A DNA stretch of 60,000 nucleotides from NCBI GenBank assembly GCA_013265495.1, contig MU057887.1, positions 1,687,985 through 1,747,984 of the forward strand, read 5' to 3'. The stretch is from Vicugna vicugna. Taxonomy: Eukaryota. Every line of letters begins with the position of its first letter. The first letter of the stretch is position 1. The notes under the pieces were generated by a model that was given only the letters and a program-made list of their open reading frames with translations, made no database searches and had not been told where the DNA came from. The translations under genes and the position numbers were made by a program. This document shows, one piece after another, positions 11,990 to 24,850 of the stretch.

Positions 11990-13640
11990 CTGCGGGGAAA
12001 GCAGTGTTCCGGACCTGGGTGGCTCCCTGGTTGGTCTGGTCCCTTTTTTCCATCTATGTTGTTTTCTAAGACTCGGCCACCCAGTGTGTCCAGCTGGTAT
12101 TTACATGCCCCCACTTCTGTGCCTTCTTCCAGCCGGTGGGCACTCAGGCGGGTTCCACGTTTTGCTGTGAGGAACGGGGTTGCCTGCAACCTTCGTGTGC
12201 ATTTCTGCAGGGCCCACGGGAAGAGCTCCTCAGGAGTGTTGACGAAGAAGTGAGGTTTTTGTTGCTTGCGTGTCGGCCTGTTAACCTTGCCAGGTGATGT
12301 CCACACGCTTTCCAGGTGTGCCGTCCCCACTCAGCCTTGGTCTGCGGGATCCGAGGGGCCCTGGTGCCCCACCCCTGGGGCTTTGTGCTGCGAGGCTTCT
12401 CGAGTTTTGTCCTTCTGGTGGCACTGTCGTTGTCCTTTCTCCGATCACAGTGGAGCAGGCGTCTCTCCGGGTATTTGTGTCCGTCTGCGCTGCTTCTGGG
12501 AAATGCTCGCTCCTGTCTCTGCCCGCTGTCCTCGTGGGCGGTTGGTCTGAGCACGTTAGGGAGTCTGGCGCTCCGCAGTTCGTATGTGGCTTGTTTCAGA
12601 TGCTGTCTTCCTGGCGGCTGTTGTAGTGTGGTTGAGCTTGTCCATCTGTCCTGCAGGGTTAGCGTTCCTTGGGAGACCCTCCCCTCCCCACGCATCATAG
12701 AGCCGTTCTCCCTCGCTCATGTCCGTCGCAGGGCCCGGGCGTCTCACTGTTCGCCCTGCTTTAACTCCTCTGTGCCCATGGCCGTGAGGCGGGGCCGCAG
12801 CGTGCCTGTCTCACGCGGCAGCCCTTCCAGCGCCGTGCTCGGGCCCCGTCGCCCCCCGCGTCTGCCGTGGCCCCTCTCTCCACGTCCTCTTCCTGCTTGC
12901 AGAGCTCTGTGCTGCGTGTTGTCTCGGTGTTTGGGAGGGGAGCCCGCACGCCCTCTTCCTCATCTGAAGCCATCAGATCGTCCTTGAACCTTGCTCTCCC
13001 ACGGAGGTCTCAGGGCCGAGGTTTTCGCCCCGACTCTGCGTTGAAGCACGGCTGCTGTACAGGGTTGCGCATGTTGCAGGTGGGCAGCGAGGCGGCTCAC
13101 AGCTTGCGAAGGCTGTGCTCCGCGTGGTCATGAAGCCCTGGCTGTGCTCCCTGTGCTGTGCAGCGTGTCCCTGTGGCTTGTTTTACACCCAGCACTTCGT
13201 ACCCCTCCGTCCCCTCCCCCGTCCTGCTCCTCCCCTCCTCCCCACTGGTGACCACTAGTTTGCTCCCTAGATTGTGAGTCTGCTGCTTTTTTGTGATCTT
13301 CACTAGTTTCTTGTATTTTTTAGATTCCACTTTTGCTTGTTTTTAATGTCTGTTTGATTTATGGTTGGAATTGCACAGAATCTGTAGATCAATTTGGGAG
13401 AATTAACATCTTTATGAAATTTAGTCTTCATTTCCATGAACATGCTAATGCCCCATTTTTTTTTGGCCATTCTTTAATGCCTTTCAATGAAGTTTTAAAA
13501 TTTGCTCTGTAAAAGGTTTTGTGTATGTTTTATTAGGTTTATTCTTCGTTATCATATTTTTTGTTGCTATTACAAATGGTATCTCTTTAAAATTGAATTT
13601 TTTTTTAGTGTTTGAAATATTTGTTTTGCATCTCGATTGC
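11990..13640 (-). mobile_element. Old L1M (L1ME-like) 3' UTR/ORF2 remnants
   Basis: gggttccacgttttgctgtgaggaac...; ttggaattgcacagaatctgtagatcaatttgggagaattaacatcttt...ttccatgaaca (antisense ORF2 signature). Interrupted by a younger L1. Confidence 0.6.
13035..13332 (-). mobile_element. Laurasiatherian-type L1 3' end nested in the older L1
   Basis: ccccactggtgaccactagtttgctccctagattgtgagtctgctgcttttttgtgatcttcactagtttcttgtattttttagattccac is a diagnostic antisense L1 3' UTR. The first ~150 nt are strongly GC-shifted. Confidence 0.75.
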
Positions 13641-14642
13641 TCCAGGAAATGCACTTTTAAACTCTTATATCTCTTGTCTGTTTAGTAAGTTTGTAAAAAA
13701 AAAAAGTCCAGGGTTATTAAAGCAAAAGCACTTTTAGGTTATAGAACACAAAAGGAGAAAATTAGATTTCCACCGAAGTTGTCGTTTTGAGGTACTTCTG
13801 TCTGATTGTTCTTTTCAACCAGCTGCGCTTATTGTGTTTGGAAAACAGGAGACGACATATTATAACCTTGTTTTGAGTTACTTTTAGTGGGAGTAGAGTC
13901 CGCCACGTGACCTCCAGGTCACCTTCGCTTGTATGTTTTCCTGCCGCTTTACCCACTCTTTGTGGGGCTGAGCTCGCGGGCCCCCTGGTTTCAGAGTGGG
14001 GTCCAGCCACTGCTGGTCTGCCTGTCTGTGATGTGCGGGGACCACCAGCCTGTTGTTGGAAGTGGCTCTGCCCGGCAGCGGGTTTCCCGCAGCGTGGTCC
14101 TGCCTTCTGCTCTCCTAGGGCAGGTTGTGTGAGTTTGAGGGGAGGGGTGGGAGGAGAACGAAGTGACAGACAGGGGGCTTTAGGAAGAGCCTGGATGTGG
14201 GTCTCGTGTTAGCCAACAGGCAAAGTCAGGCTGTGGTTTCTGACTCCGTGGGAGTGAGGCTTGGATGTACGGCAGCTGACAGCAGGGCCATGACAGCAGT
14301 GGCTTCATGCCGGGCGGGAGCTCACCGCCCTCTTAGGCACGCATCGTCCGCTGCCCCTCCGTGTTCACTCGCTTCACGGTCCAGGCTGGCTGCTCTGGCT
14401 CCCTGCATCACGTCGGCATTCCACCAGCAGGCAGAGGGAGACGTGGAGGGGAGGGCGCGCCCCTCCCTTCAGAGGTGTTTGAGGGAAGTTGCTCATGGCA
14501 CTTCTGCTCACCCCGTGCGTGCTTGCACCTGGCTGCGCAGAACCAGGACGTGCACCTCTGACTTTAGCTGGCCGTGTGCTGCACTGAAGCTGGGCTTGAT
14601 GACTCCGGAAGGAGGGTCATCTTCTGCCCTAAGGTTCCCCAT

Positions 14643-14817
14643 CTGTCCGCACCGCCGCTTACCCGTTCAGCGGGTGTTGCCCGCTTCTGCTCTGGCGCTT
14701 CTCCCACACCCCCCCCTTCTCTCCCCCCCCCCCCCCCTCCCCCCTCCCCCCCCACTGTCCGCACCGCCGCTTACCCGTTCAGCGGGTGTTGCCCGCTTCT
14801 GCTCTGGCGCTTCTCCC
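14643..14817. repeat. 63-bp perfect direct repeat separated by a poly-C tract
   Basis: CTGTCCGCACCGCCGCTTACCCGTTCAGCGGGTGTTGCCCGCTTCTGCTCTGGCGCTTCTCCC at 14643-14705 and 14755-14817; period 112. Confidence 0.93.
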
Positions 14818-14864
14818 CCGCCCTCCCTTTCTCTCTCCCTCCCCCCCCTTCCCCTGTCAGCTCT

Positions 14865-15640
14865 GTTGAGAGATGATTGACATGCACCGAGATTCACCTG
14901 CGTTAGGCGTACAGGCAGGTTAGTTCTGACGCCTGTGTCTAGGACGGTAACAGCCACTTGAGTCACAACGTGGAGCACTCCCTCACCCTGGAACGCCCCT
15001 CTTGCCCCTTGCTGCCATCTCCCGTCCCCGCCCCCTGCCCTGGCTACTGCTGGTCTGCTCTCTGCCTCAGTGCTTCGCTTTTAAGAATTTCACAGGCCTG
15101 GAATGGCAGGAATTGCAGGGACTAGGGAGGAGCTCCCTCGCCTGGGTAGCGGTGCGCGTTCACCGCCCCGTGAGCCGGCCGTCTTCCTGGGGAGCTCTGC
15201 CGCCTTGCCAGGGGGTGGGTGCTGGGCGCGTTCCATTTCCAGGCCACTACAAAATGCGTTTGCTGAGCACCAACACCTTCACTCCTAAGTCCAGGAGAGG
15301 CCTCTGTGTCCCCCTCTGGTGAGTGCCTAGGAGGGGAGCTACTGGGTGGTGTGGTAGGTGTGTGTTTATGTACCTAACTTCTAGACTCTTGTCCAAGGAG
15401 GCTGGGCCAGTTCACACCCCCAGCCGTGACTGAGGGTCCTGGTTGCTCCACATCGTTGTCGGTTTGTGGTATTGCCAGTCTTAATTTCAGCTATTTTTTG
15501 AAACAGGCGTGTGGTGGTGTTTCCCAGGGTTGTAATTTGCTTTTCCCTGCTGGCTGCTGACGGTCGGCGTCCTTTCCCATGCTGGTCTGTCATGCACAGG
15601 TCCCTTCGGTGAAGGGTCTTTTCCATTTTTTGCTCTTTAA
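14865..15640 (-). mobile_element. Old L1M (L1MB/ME-like) 3' end
   Basis: ttgagagatgattgacatgcaccgagattcacctgcgttaggcgtacag...; gttgctccacatcgttgtcggtttgtggtattgccagtcttaatttcagctattt...gtaatttgcttttccctg. Confidence 0.65.
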
Positions 15641-17824
15641 TTGCTTTTGAAACCTTTAGCCTGCCTGTTCCCTGGCCTCTCTTAGGCCTTCTGAGTCACA
15701 CTTCTGGGGTGGAGCCTAGAAATCCCTATTTTAAGGAAGCACAGCTGGATCTAGCTGCCGATGGAGAGAGGGGTCTTGAAGTGAGCAAAAGATGCGGGCC
15801 GGGTTGTTTGCACTCAGGAAACAGAAGCAGGGCTGGAGCCAAGGCCTTTGCCCGGATGTCCCCACCCCTAGGCAGCAGGTGGGCAGTACAGGCCCCAGGA
15901 GGAGCTGGGCAGGGCCAGGTGGCTCTCCTCCCAGATTTCCCTCCTCTTAGCTGTGCTGCGAAGGTGGGACTCCCTGGGTGACTCTTCTGGGGGCTGCTCC
16001 CACCTGACCTCCCTGGGGACCTCCTGAGCTGGGGCTGCCTCTCAGCCTTCGCTCTGCTCTTCCGTCTAAGGTGCGTCTGAGCAGACCTTATGTCTGTCTG
16101 GTTTTCAGCCCTGATTCTGGTGCCCCAAGCGGTGCACGGCACAGAGCAGCTGTTCCCAGGTGCTGGCTGCATGAGCAGCTGTCTGGATTCCTCCTCTTAC
16201 CTGTGACCCCAAGTGTCTAGTTCCTTCTGGGCCTCCAGAGGGATGTTGTGTTGTGGAGACGCCGTTCCTAACACCCTGGCTGGTGTGGCAGCCCCTCCCC
16301 CACTCTGATTCCCACTTGGCATGTTTCACGGAGCTTACGGCCTGATGGGGTTCGTCTTCTGTCCATGAGGCCTCACTCTTCCTGTCTGTCAGCTCCTGAG
16401 ATCCCGAGGGCCCTGGGCCCCTTGACTGTCCCGGCTGCCTGGAGCCGCACAGGACATCAGAGATTTTGTTGAAATTCCTAATTAATCTTTTTATCCAACA
16501 CGGTTATTTGAAAGCAAAACGCGGAACTTTCTTTCCTGCTTGCTCTTTGTATCCTCGGTCCAGCTCTGAGTAAATGCCGCCTGTTGCTTGGGAAAGTCCG
16601 GACTCTGAGCGGAGGCCCTGTGGCCCCTGTGGTGGGTGTGCTGCGCTCTTTGGAAGAGCCTTGCTCAGTGCGTGGCTGGGCCTCTTCTGCTGATAAGCTC
16701 ATCATCTCTGAGTCCCTTCTCCTCCATAATTATTATATTATCTGCCCTCTGGTTATCTGCTTCTTAGAGCGGTTTCACAAATTAGGGAAATAGGATGCTT
16801 TTTCCGATTAGCCATGGAGAAGTGATGTCTCATTACACTCAGACAGACACAGAGGATAATGAAGCACGCAGGCTTTTAAACCGCGTTATCTGTGTACAGC
16901 CTTAGAACTGGTGTGATGAGTTTCCCAGGCCCTAAAGGGCGGTCATTTTCTGGGAGACGCGTCAGCAGAGCGCAGGTGTCCTCATACTGGTCTCCCTTCC
17001 CAGCTGTGAACTCTGTGCAGACAGACCTCCCGACCAGAGCCTTTGCGTGGAGGGGCGTGGCTCCCTGGACACCTGGGCCCCGGGGGCGTCGGGGAGGGAC
17101 CTGGAGGAGCAGGCGTCGGCTCTGTCCCCCAGGTTTCCGGGCTTTTGGCGTTGCACGTGCCGGCTCTTCTGCCTAGGGGACTCCTCCCCGGCCCGCCCTG
17201 CTCGGTGGCCCCCTCGAGCTGGCCAGCACCCCCCTTCCTGCCGTGGCTGGCCCGACAGCGCCCACCGGTTTCCCACGGGCCGGCCCCGTCTCTGTCCCCG
17301 CAGACTGAATTCTCGAGGGCGGCAGCCTCCGCTCGGTGTTTCCACCTCTGGTGACTGACGGACGTTTTTTGGCCTGAACTGCGAGTCTGAACTGTCCTGC
17401 TGGGATCCTGGCCATGGCCGGGGGCTCTGGCTCCCTCTTCTCAGACTGGGGCTCTCCCCGGGCAGAGCCTGGGGCTCCTTTCTCCCCAGGGTCCCCTGGT
17501 CCCAACAGTGGGCCCGGCATGAAGCACAGCAGGCGCCGGACCAGCGTTGGCAAGATGAGTGAACTGAAACATGCGCTGCTCCCGGGCGGGCAGCCGCTAG
17601 GTCCTCGACGTGAGAGGCGGTGTGGGCAGGTGCTGACAGCCGGGCCGCCCTGGGTGGGCTCAGCGACCCCTGAGTCTGCGTCGTCTCACTCCTCGTCTCC
17701 TCACTCGGTCTCAGTTCACCCTTTTTTCACAGAGGTGGGGACGCATTTGTGGGAGCCCGAGAGAGACATGTTCTGTAATCAGTTCATTACACTCTTCTGG
17801 TATATATTTTGGGCATCTAACCCG

Positions 17825-20800
17825 TAGATCTTTCCTTTTCTCTCTTTTTGGTTTTATGGTGAAATAGAGCAGAAAGGTGTCCATAACACGTACGTTCGAT
17901 TTAAAGAAAAAACTAAAAATTAGCTTCCCGATACCTACTGTCAAGCTGAAGGAATAGAGCAGACGAGCTCCATTCAGGTCCCATCCTTGCTCCACCCCAG
18001 GCAACCGTGCTCTTGAGTTTTGACTAGTCCCTTGTTTTTCTGTGGTTTTACCACGAGTTCGTGTGTGTGGTTTGCATTTTTAGCCTGTGTTTGTAGTGGA
18101 GCTGTGCTAACTGTGCTCGCTTGTCATCAGGCTTCATGTTACAGAATTGAGGCTCTAGGCTCCGCCCGCTGCTGTGTGTGGTCGTAGCTCATGTTCACGG
18201 CTGTGTGGTACTCCCTCATGTGCTCTGTGCTTTACTGATCCAGCCCACTGTCAGTAAGCACCTGTGCTTTTTCTCAGAGTGTCGCTGAGAGCATTATGAG
18301 TCCTGGTGTGCGTGGGGGGCGCCCGGGAGGGTGCCATGGGGCTGGCGGTGAGTGCCCAGTGCTGCCCCTCACCTCCGCTTGGACCTGTGATACTGAACGT
18401 GCCCCAGACTTCCCGGGGGGGTGAAGTGCTGTCTCTGTGCAGCGAGGTCCCACTGCTCTCGCTGCTGTTGAGGTTAAGTGCTTTTCCATTGATTTCTTGG
18501 CCATTCGATGTCCTCTCGTGGGACACCTTTGCCTCTGTTGTGACTGTCTGTCCTGCTGATTTGTAGGACTTCTTAATATAATCTGGATGCAGATTCTTCT
18601 TTGGAAATACACGGATGCACGCATTTCGGTTAGTAGGTTGAGTTTTCACTCTCACTGGGGAGCAGCCGTTCTTTCTTCAGTGCGGCCAGTTCAGCGGTCT
18701 TTCCTTTGCGATTAGGCCTTTTCACGGCCTAAGATATCCTTTCCAGACTCATGATTTCAAAGAAATCTTTTGTCATAAGAGTTTTTAAAATTTTGCCTTT
18801 TACATGTAATCCATTCAGATTGACTTTGCGCAGAGTCTGATAAAGCAGCCTGGTTTCTCTAGACGTCCCCACGTGGGTCACCAGTGGGGCCCCTTGCCCC
18901 AGTCAGCCCTGTCACACAGGCTTTCATGTGTGTGGGCTCCTCCCGAGCTCCCCGCCATGCCCCTGGCTGTCCACCTGTCCGTCCGTCTGTCCGTCCCTGG
19001 CCGCCGTCGGCCTGCCTTGGTCACGTGGGCTCGATGTCTGGTAGGACAGGCCCTGGTTCTTGCCTCTGGCTGCTCATGGCCTTCTGCTTTCAGACGTAAA
19101 TTTAAAATTAACTTCTTATGTGTCATAGAAACCTCAGAAATCACGTTGAATCTGTTGAACAGTTGGAGAAAATTAACATTTTGTTTTTGCATTTCTTTAG
19201 TTCTTCTGATCTTTTAAACTGTGTTTTCTTCTTAAGTGTATTACACAACTTATAAATTTATTCATAGATATGTTTCTAATGAAGTATGTTTAATTTTTAG
19301 TGGCATTGTCTGATTTTTTATTGACAGTATATAGAAACGCATTTGACATTTGCAGTTATTTTTATAGCTGGTAAACTCATTAATCTGTTTCATCAAATCT
19401 CATGTTTTGTGTGTAGGAATATTTGAGTTTTTAAAGAAGTTAATCATATCACTTATGAACAGTGACGGTTCCATTTTTTAAATATATTTTTATTGGAGTA
19501 TAGTCAGTTTACAGCGTGTCAATTTGTGGTGTACAGCACAGTGCTTCAGTCACATAGGAACATTCATATGTTCATTTTCATATTCTTTTTCACCGTTAAG
19601 TTACTATAAGACATTGAATATAGTTCCCTGTGCTCTGCAGTATAAACGTTGTTTATCTGTTTTACATATAGTAGTTAGTATCTGCAAGTCTCAAATTCCC
19701 GATTTATTCCTTCCCAACAGTTTCATTTTTCCTCTCTCTGTTCTGTATATGCTTCTCTTTGCCGGCCACGACTCCCACTGCAGTACTGACGTTAGTGGTG
19801 AAAGCGGGCGTCCTGATGCCATTCCCAGCCTAAAGGAAGTCTTCAGCGTTGCGTCATTGACCTCACGGTGTTTACTCTCGGCTTTATAGATAGCTTATGT
19901 TAAGGATGGCACCTCGCTCGTAGCTTTGAAACCGTAAATGGCTGTTGAGGTTTAAAACATCCTTTCCCCCTTTTCGTCCTAGACGGCAGTGTGAGTTTGC
20001 TCCTTTATTGTACTGATGTGGTGGGTTTTTTTAGCAGACTTCCTGGGGGCGAGGCGAGCGTATGTCCTCGAGACAAACCCCACGTGGTCAGGATGGAGTC
20101 TTTTAATGCCTCGCAGGATTAAGTGTGTTAACATCTAACGTGCCGCCCTGCCAGGAGGGGGAGGCTGGCTGCTCTTTACATTGCAACATGCTCTCTGACC
20201 AGCCCCCGATGCTTCAGTTACGCCTTGATCCCCAGCCCCACCAGCTGTGTTGAATATTTGGTCCCGTAGCGGTGGCACTGTGATGTTTTGTTTGAAGGTG
20301 GTGGTTCTTTTCTGTGCTTCGGTTTTGAGTGTGATGAAGCATCTGTGCTTTGCTAACCTATCAAAACAACTGACTTGAGCACAAAATGTGGGACGTAAAT
20401 CAGCCTGTTGGGAAGAGGTGAGGGTGGAGTGGTTCACACACCCGGCTCGGCATTGTCGCTTGCTTAAGAGGGCGCTCCCTGCTAATTGTGCTGTGAACCT
20501 GCAGTCGGTCGGTGGCTGCCTTGGTATACTCTGTGTATGTTTATGTGATAGATGGTGGCCTCTTAATCCACATTTTAGATTTGTTCTAGACTCTTACTTG
20601 TGATTCATTCATCAGGTGTTATAATTCGTATGGGGAGAATGTCCCTTGAATCATGTTGCAGACTCTCATGTTGTAAATATCCCTTCTTTCTGAGCCCACG
20701 TTGCTCCTGGATTTGGGGGGATATAAATCCCTCAGGTCTCCTCAGCAGAGCTGTATATTTGGTTGCTCGTCTCACAGAAATTATCACCATAGTGCTTTAT

Positions 20801-20900
20801 ATGCTGTGAAGGCGTGTTGCTGATGCGTATGGTAGAATTATGGTGTTTTCAAATATCAGATTTTTTTATAAGTAATCATGAGCATGGCGACATTACAATT
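17825..20900 (-). mobile_element. Fragmented old L1M (3' UTR to ORF2)
   Basis: Discontinuous antisense L1 signatures: tgatttgtaggacttcttaatataatctggat; ttgccttttacatgtaatccattcagattgactttg; tagttttctgtcttaagtcttgc-like region near 19220; aatcatatcacttatgaacagtgacgg. Confidence 0.55.
19474..19716 (-). mobile_element. Young camelid-type L1 3' end
   Basis: tttttattggagtatagtcagtttacagcgtgtc...ttactataagacattgaatatagttccctgtgctctgcagtata...tcaaattcccgatttattccttccc. Flanked by a TSD-like gtt(c/t)cattttt. Confidence 0.85.
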
Positions 20901-23900
20901 TCAGTAGATTTCATTTTTTAATAATGCAAAACACCTCTACTCCCCAAGTGTGCTGAGTTGCTGGCCCCCAGTCCTGCCTGGGAGGCATGTGGAGGGAGGG
21001 CGGTAAGGTTTAGAAAGTGAGGAAGACGGAGTCAGTAGAGGGCCTCTGAGCCCCTCCGGGGAGCCCTCTGTGGAAGAACACCGCCGCCGACGTCGAGTCT
21101 TAGGAGAAACCCTGCCTGGTGCTCAGGTTTCTGCAGTTGGGCGAGCGAACGGGGAATACCTGTCGCTTTTTCGTTTTTTTCAGCCCTGATGGTAATCGTA
21201 GCAAGTATTTTTACTAGTGTTGTTGAGTATACATTGATCTGCAGAAGAGAGACTCTGGGAAGTGCTTACAGTTCGAACTACTTTGAATGAATTCCTCGTG
21301 TCTAATAAAGTAAAGAACGCTGGGGATGGCGACAGAACCTCAATAGCTGATAACATCCAGTGAGTCTCCATTGCTAGAGCCGCCTCAGACTGTTCCGTAT
21401 TTTCATTACACACGTCCTCACCCGGAGGGCACCCGTCCTTGCTGGTCCGTTGGCAGGTGACACCACCACTTAAACTGCCGGCACGTTCACTTCAGAGTGA
21501 GTTCACGCTCTGTGACAGAGCTTTTGCCCTCTCCGTCTGCCATGTCCTAAACTGCCCTGCCTCTGCTGTTGTCTTGTGCAAAGGAGTGCCTTGTTCTCAC
21601 CTTTCCTGGGGCAGCCGTTAACAAAATACCTGGATTTTTGACATGCAGAGTTGTGGGGACTGTGGCCCCTTCGAAGGAATGCCAGTGGCCGACCGCTGGG
21701 CATGTGATGACCATGGTGTCTGTCCCCAGCAGTGTTCTATCGGAGGGTGGGGCACCGACAGCCGAGCGTGGACCCAGCAGAGGTCCCAGCCTTAACTCCT
21801 ACCCCCTTAAGTGTCACACTGCTGCACTTTGAAAACACCCGTTTGGAAAAAGCGACCCACAGTCAGTCATTTATGATTTGAGAGCAAAAGCTCAGAACGC
21901 CTCGGTGCGTTCCTTGACAGATGAGCATGCGGTTATTTGACGCGGGCCTAGAGGTCCTGCGGTGCAGGTCCCTCTGAGCTGGGGTCCCTTTTCCCGCGTC
22001 CGGCTCACTGCTGTCTGATCTGTGGACGCTCATTGCGTGGTGGCATCAAATGACAAAGTGGCCTCAGGAGAGCCCTCTGAGATGCCATCCTGATGCTGGC
22101 TCGGTCGGGAGCGCCTTTCCAGGCCGTGCGGTGGCCTTGCTGGCATCCGAGCCAAAGGTCACGAAGGCAGGAACTCCCAGGGGGCGGGGGGGACCTGGGG
22201 CCCGCTGTCCCGTGTCACGTGATTGGGGGGAGCTTTCCAGCTTTCCACTGAGTGACTCCGCAGTCAGCACTGCTGTCTGTGACTTCAACACGGAAGTGGA
22301 GGCGCACGCAAGTGCAGTGACTGAAGACAACAGATACAGAACAGATCAGTGAAGGAGGAAGACAAAGGAGAAGGGGCCCCGCGCCCTTGCAGCTGGGCCT
22401 GTGGGTCCTGATCGCAGGCGCTGTCCTGCCCAGCAGCGTCCCGGCCGGCCTGTGGTCGCTGCCCCTCTGTCTGCAGCCTTCACTGAGCCAGGTGGTCACA
22501 CAGCCGATGAATCTGGGGCTGCGCCAGGCGTCCTACAGCCCTGCTGCCCGGGGCCTCAGAGGCCAGCGCTGCTCCCGACCCCTGCAGCCGGCGCCCCGGG
22601 GGAGGGCTCGCAGAGCGGGGACGGGGGCGGGCAGCGCTGGACAGCGGACAGCTCGGGGCAGCAGGCACGGGGCAGACGCCGGAGTGGGTGCTTTTGGCAC
22701 GGAGGGCCCTGTGGAGGCGGGCCCGAAGCTCAGGCCCCTTGGATCGCGGCAAGGAGTTTACGTCTTACCTCCAGGAAGCCACGGGGCACGGGTGGCGGGA
22801 CCTGATGTGGTCACGCCCTGGCAGCCCCTGAGCCACTCCCTGGGGCGGCCAGTGCAGGGTGTCGGCAGGGAGACCACCCAGGAGATGGTGGCCACCGGGC
22901 CTGCTGCAGGGGACTGGGGAGAGGGCACGGAGCTGGCTCTTTTGGGGGCTGCTTTGGCGGGGAGAAGGCCCGTGGGAGTCACAACTCCATCCCTGGTGCG
23001 TTCGGCCTGACCTAAGGGCGGGACGTCCCGGAAGCCTGCGTCTCTTTGGTGGCAGGGCCGGGACTCACACCGGCTTACAGGTCTCTGTGGGCACGCTCTT
23101 TGCGCCCCTTCCGCCTGCCCGCCACTGTGAGTGCTGCTTTTGTTTTACGCTTGAGCTACCTGTCCCTCTATTTACATGTTACTGGGATTAAAGTCTTAAA
23201 AATAACATTTCCACGTTATCAAGAGAGATCAAGTAGAGTAAACCTAAGTAATTTGAACTGACTGATAACTTTCCTTAGTTACTAGGAAATTTGAATTCTA
23301 AATTTTCCCTCAAAGTAGTCTGACTGCTCCCTTTCCACGTGCGCTAACGTCTCAGGGCGCCTGCACTGCAGCCAGGTTGCGGAGGTCAGCGGTGACGGCC
23401 GACTGCTCCTTCGTGGCGGGAGCCGTGCCGGTGCTGGGCTCCAGAGGCCTGTCCCCTGGAGGGACGGCTCGGCCACCCCGCCACGCCGCCTGCCTTGCTC
23501 CAGGACTGCTTCTCCCCGCGTGCTGTCCTCAGGGCCCTCACACAGCACTCGGGGGCCCAGCCCATTGCAGGACAGTTTGCTCCGGACTCTCCCCGGGAGA
23601 GGTTGGGCCAGGGGGAGGCTTTGCTCTGGGACTGAGGCAGGCGTTCGGGCCGGCCCAGGCCCCTGTGGCTTTCTCAGGCCTTTCGTGGCACAGCCAACTG
23701 TCCCCTCCAGTCGCGCACGCAGACCCCGGGTCGCTTGCACTTGGCGGGACCGTAGCTTCCTGGTCAGTGCTCCCAGGGTGACGCAGGCAAACTCATCTGC
23801 TCTGAAATGCTTTTCTTGGTGCCCAGGCCGCTGAGGGCAAAACTATGTCCATGCTTGTGAGCAGGTTTACAGCTGTGTGTGTGTGCACATGTGTGTGTGT

Positions 23901-24324
23901 GACAAACCCCGAGTGCGGGGCTAGCTCAAGGTGGGAGTGCGCCCCTGCTTAAATTACCACTTGCCAGGGCGTCGAGATCGCAAAGGGGGAAGAGGTCTCT
24001 GTGTTCTGGGCTTTGGCGTTTCCTTCATTCCGCACGCTCACATGCACACACACGTGCTCCCATACACCTGCACGCCCCAAGCCCCTGCTGTGTGCCTGGC
24101 TCCCTGCTGGACCCTGGGCAGGGACCCATCAATTCAATGCAGGTTGTGCTCACCAGGAGTTCACAGTCCCTTCTGTTTCTTCTACAAAATTATAATTTCA
24201 TGGTCTTCTCTTCTTTTTGATTTATGTATGAAAACAGCTCTTTTACCTTAAAGCATAGCAGTGATGGCGCTTTATAGGCCTTGGAAGGCCCCTATTCAGT
24301 CAGGCTGTGCTGTGCTGCCCGCAG

Positions 24325-24380
24325 ACTGTGACTTTGGGCAAATCTCTTAACTTCTCTGTGCCTCAGTTTTCTCATCTGTT
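24325..24380 (+). mobile_element. MIR core
   Basis: tgtgactttgggcaaatctcttaacttctctgtgcctcagttttctcatctgt is the classic MIR core. Confidence 0.85.
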
Positions 24381-24397
24381 TTAGTTTTCTTAAAAAA

Positions 24398-24518
24398 TTT
24401 TTTTTGGTGGGGGAGAGAACACTAGGTTAATTAGTTAGTTTATTTAATGAAGGTGCTGGGGCTGAACCCAGGCCCACGTGTGCTGAGCACACACTCCACT
24501 GCTGGGCTGTGCCGCCCC
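24398..24518 (-). mobile_element. Camelid tRNA-derived SINE (Vic-1 type)
   Basis: Reverse complement reads GGGGCGGCACAGCCCAGCAGTGGAGTGTGTGCTCAGCACACGTGGGCCTGGGTTCAGCCCCAGCACCTTCATTAAATAAAC...AACCTAGT...CCCCC...AAAAA: A/B boxes plus the Vic-1 tail. TSD-like tgt(t/c)ttag(t/c)t on both sides. Confidence 0.8.
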
Positions 24519-24519
24519 T

Positions 24520-24850
24520 TGTCTTAGCTCTTCATTGCTGGGTAACAGCACTGCCACCGTCCCAGCAGCCTACGACAGTGCATGCTTATTCACAGTTGTC
24601 GCCTCAGTTGCTGTGGGTCAGGAGTCAGGGCAGATTCATGAAGCGAGGACCAAGGTGTTGTCTGTGCCCCAGACCCACCTGCGGCCTCTGGGGGACCCGT
24701 GGGCGCACGTGGTCCTTGGCCGGGCTCAGTGGCCTGCGGGCTGCAGCGCTGGAGCCTCGGGTCTTGCTGGCTCTTGGCTGCCCTCAGTTCCCTGACTCGT
24801 GGCCCTCGCCCTGTGCCGCTCTCGCCCGGCCGCCGGCTTCCTCGGGGCTC
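24520..24850 (-). mobile_element. MaLR LTR (MLT1-type) fragment
   Basis: tgtcttagctcttcattgctgggtaaca...cagttgctgtgggtcaggagtcagggcag...ccctcagttccctgactcgtggcc matches the antisense MLT1 pattern. Confidence 0.6.

Noticed and set aside
14643..14817. Repeat-spacer-repeat resembling a CRISPR array
   Set aside because: Only two copies, the spacer is poly-C, the context is a mammalian intron and there are no cas genes.
24398..24518. tRNA-like sequence on the minus strand
   Set aside because: It has an A-rich tail and TSD-like flanks and no intact cloverleaf, so it is a SINE rather than a tRNA gene.
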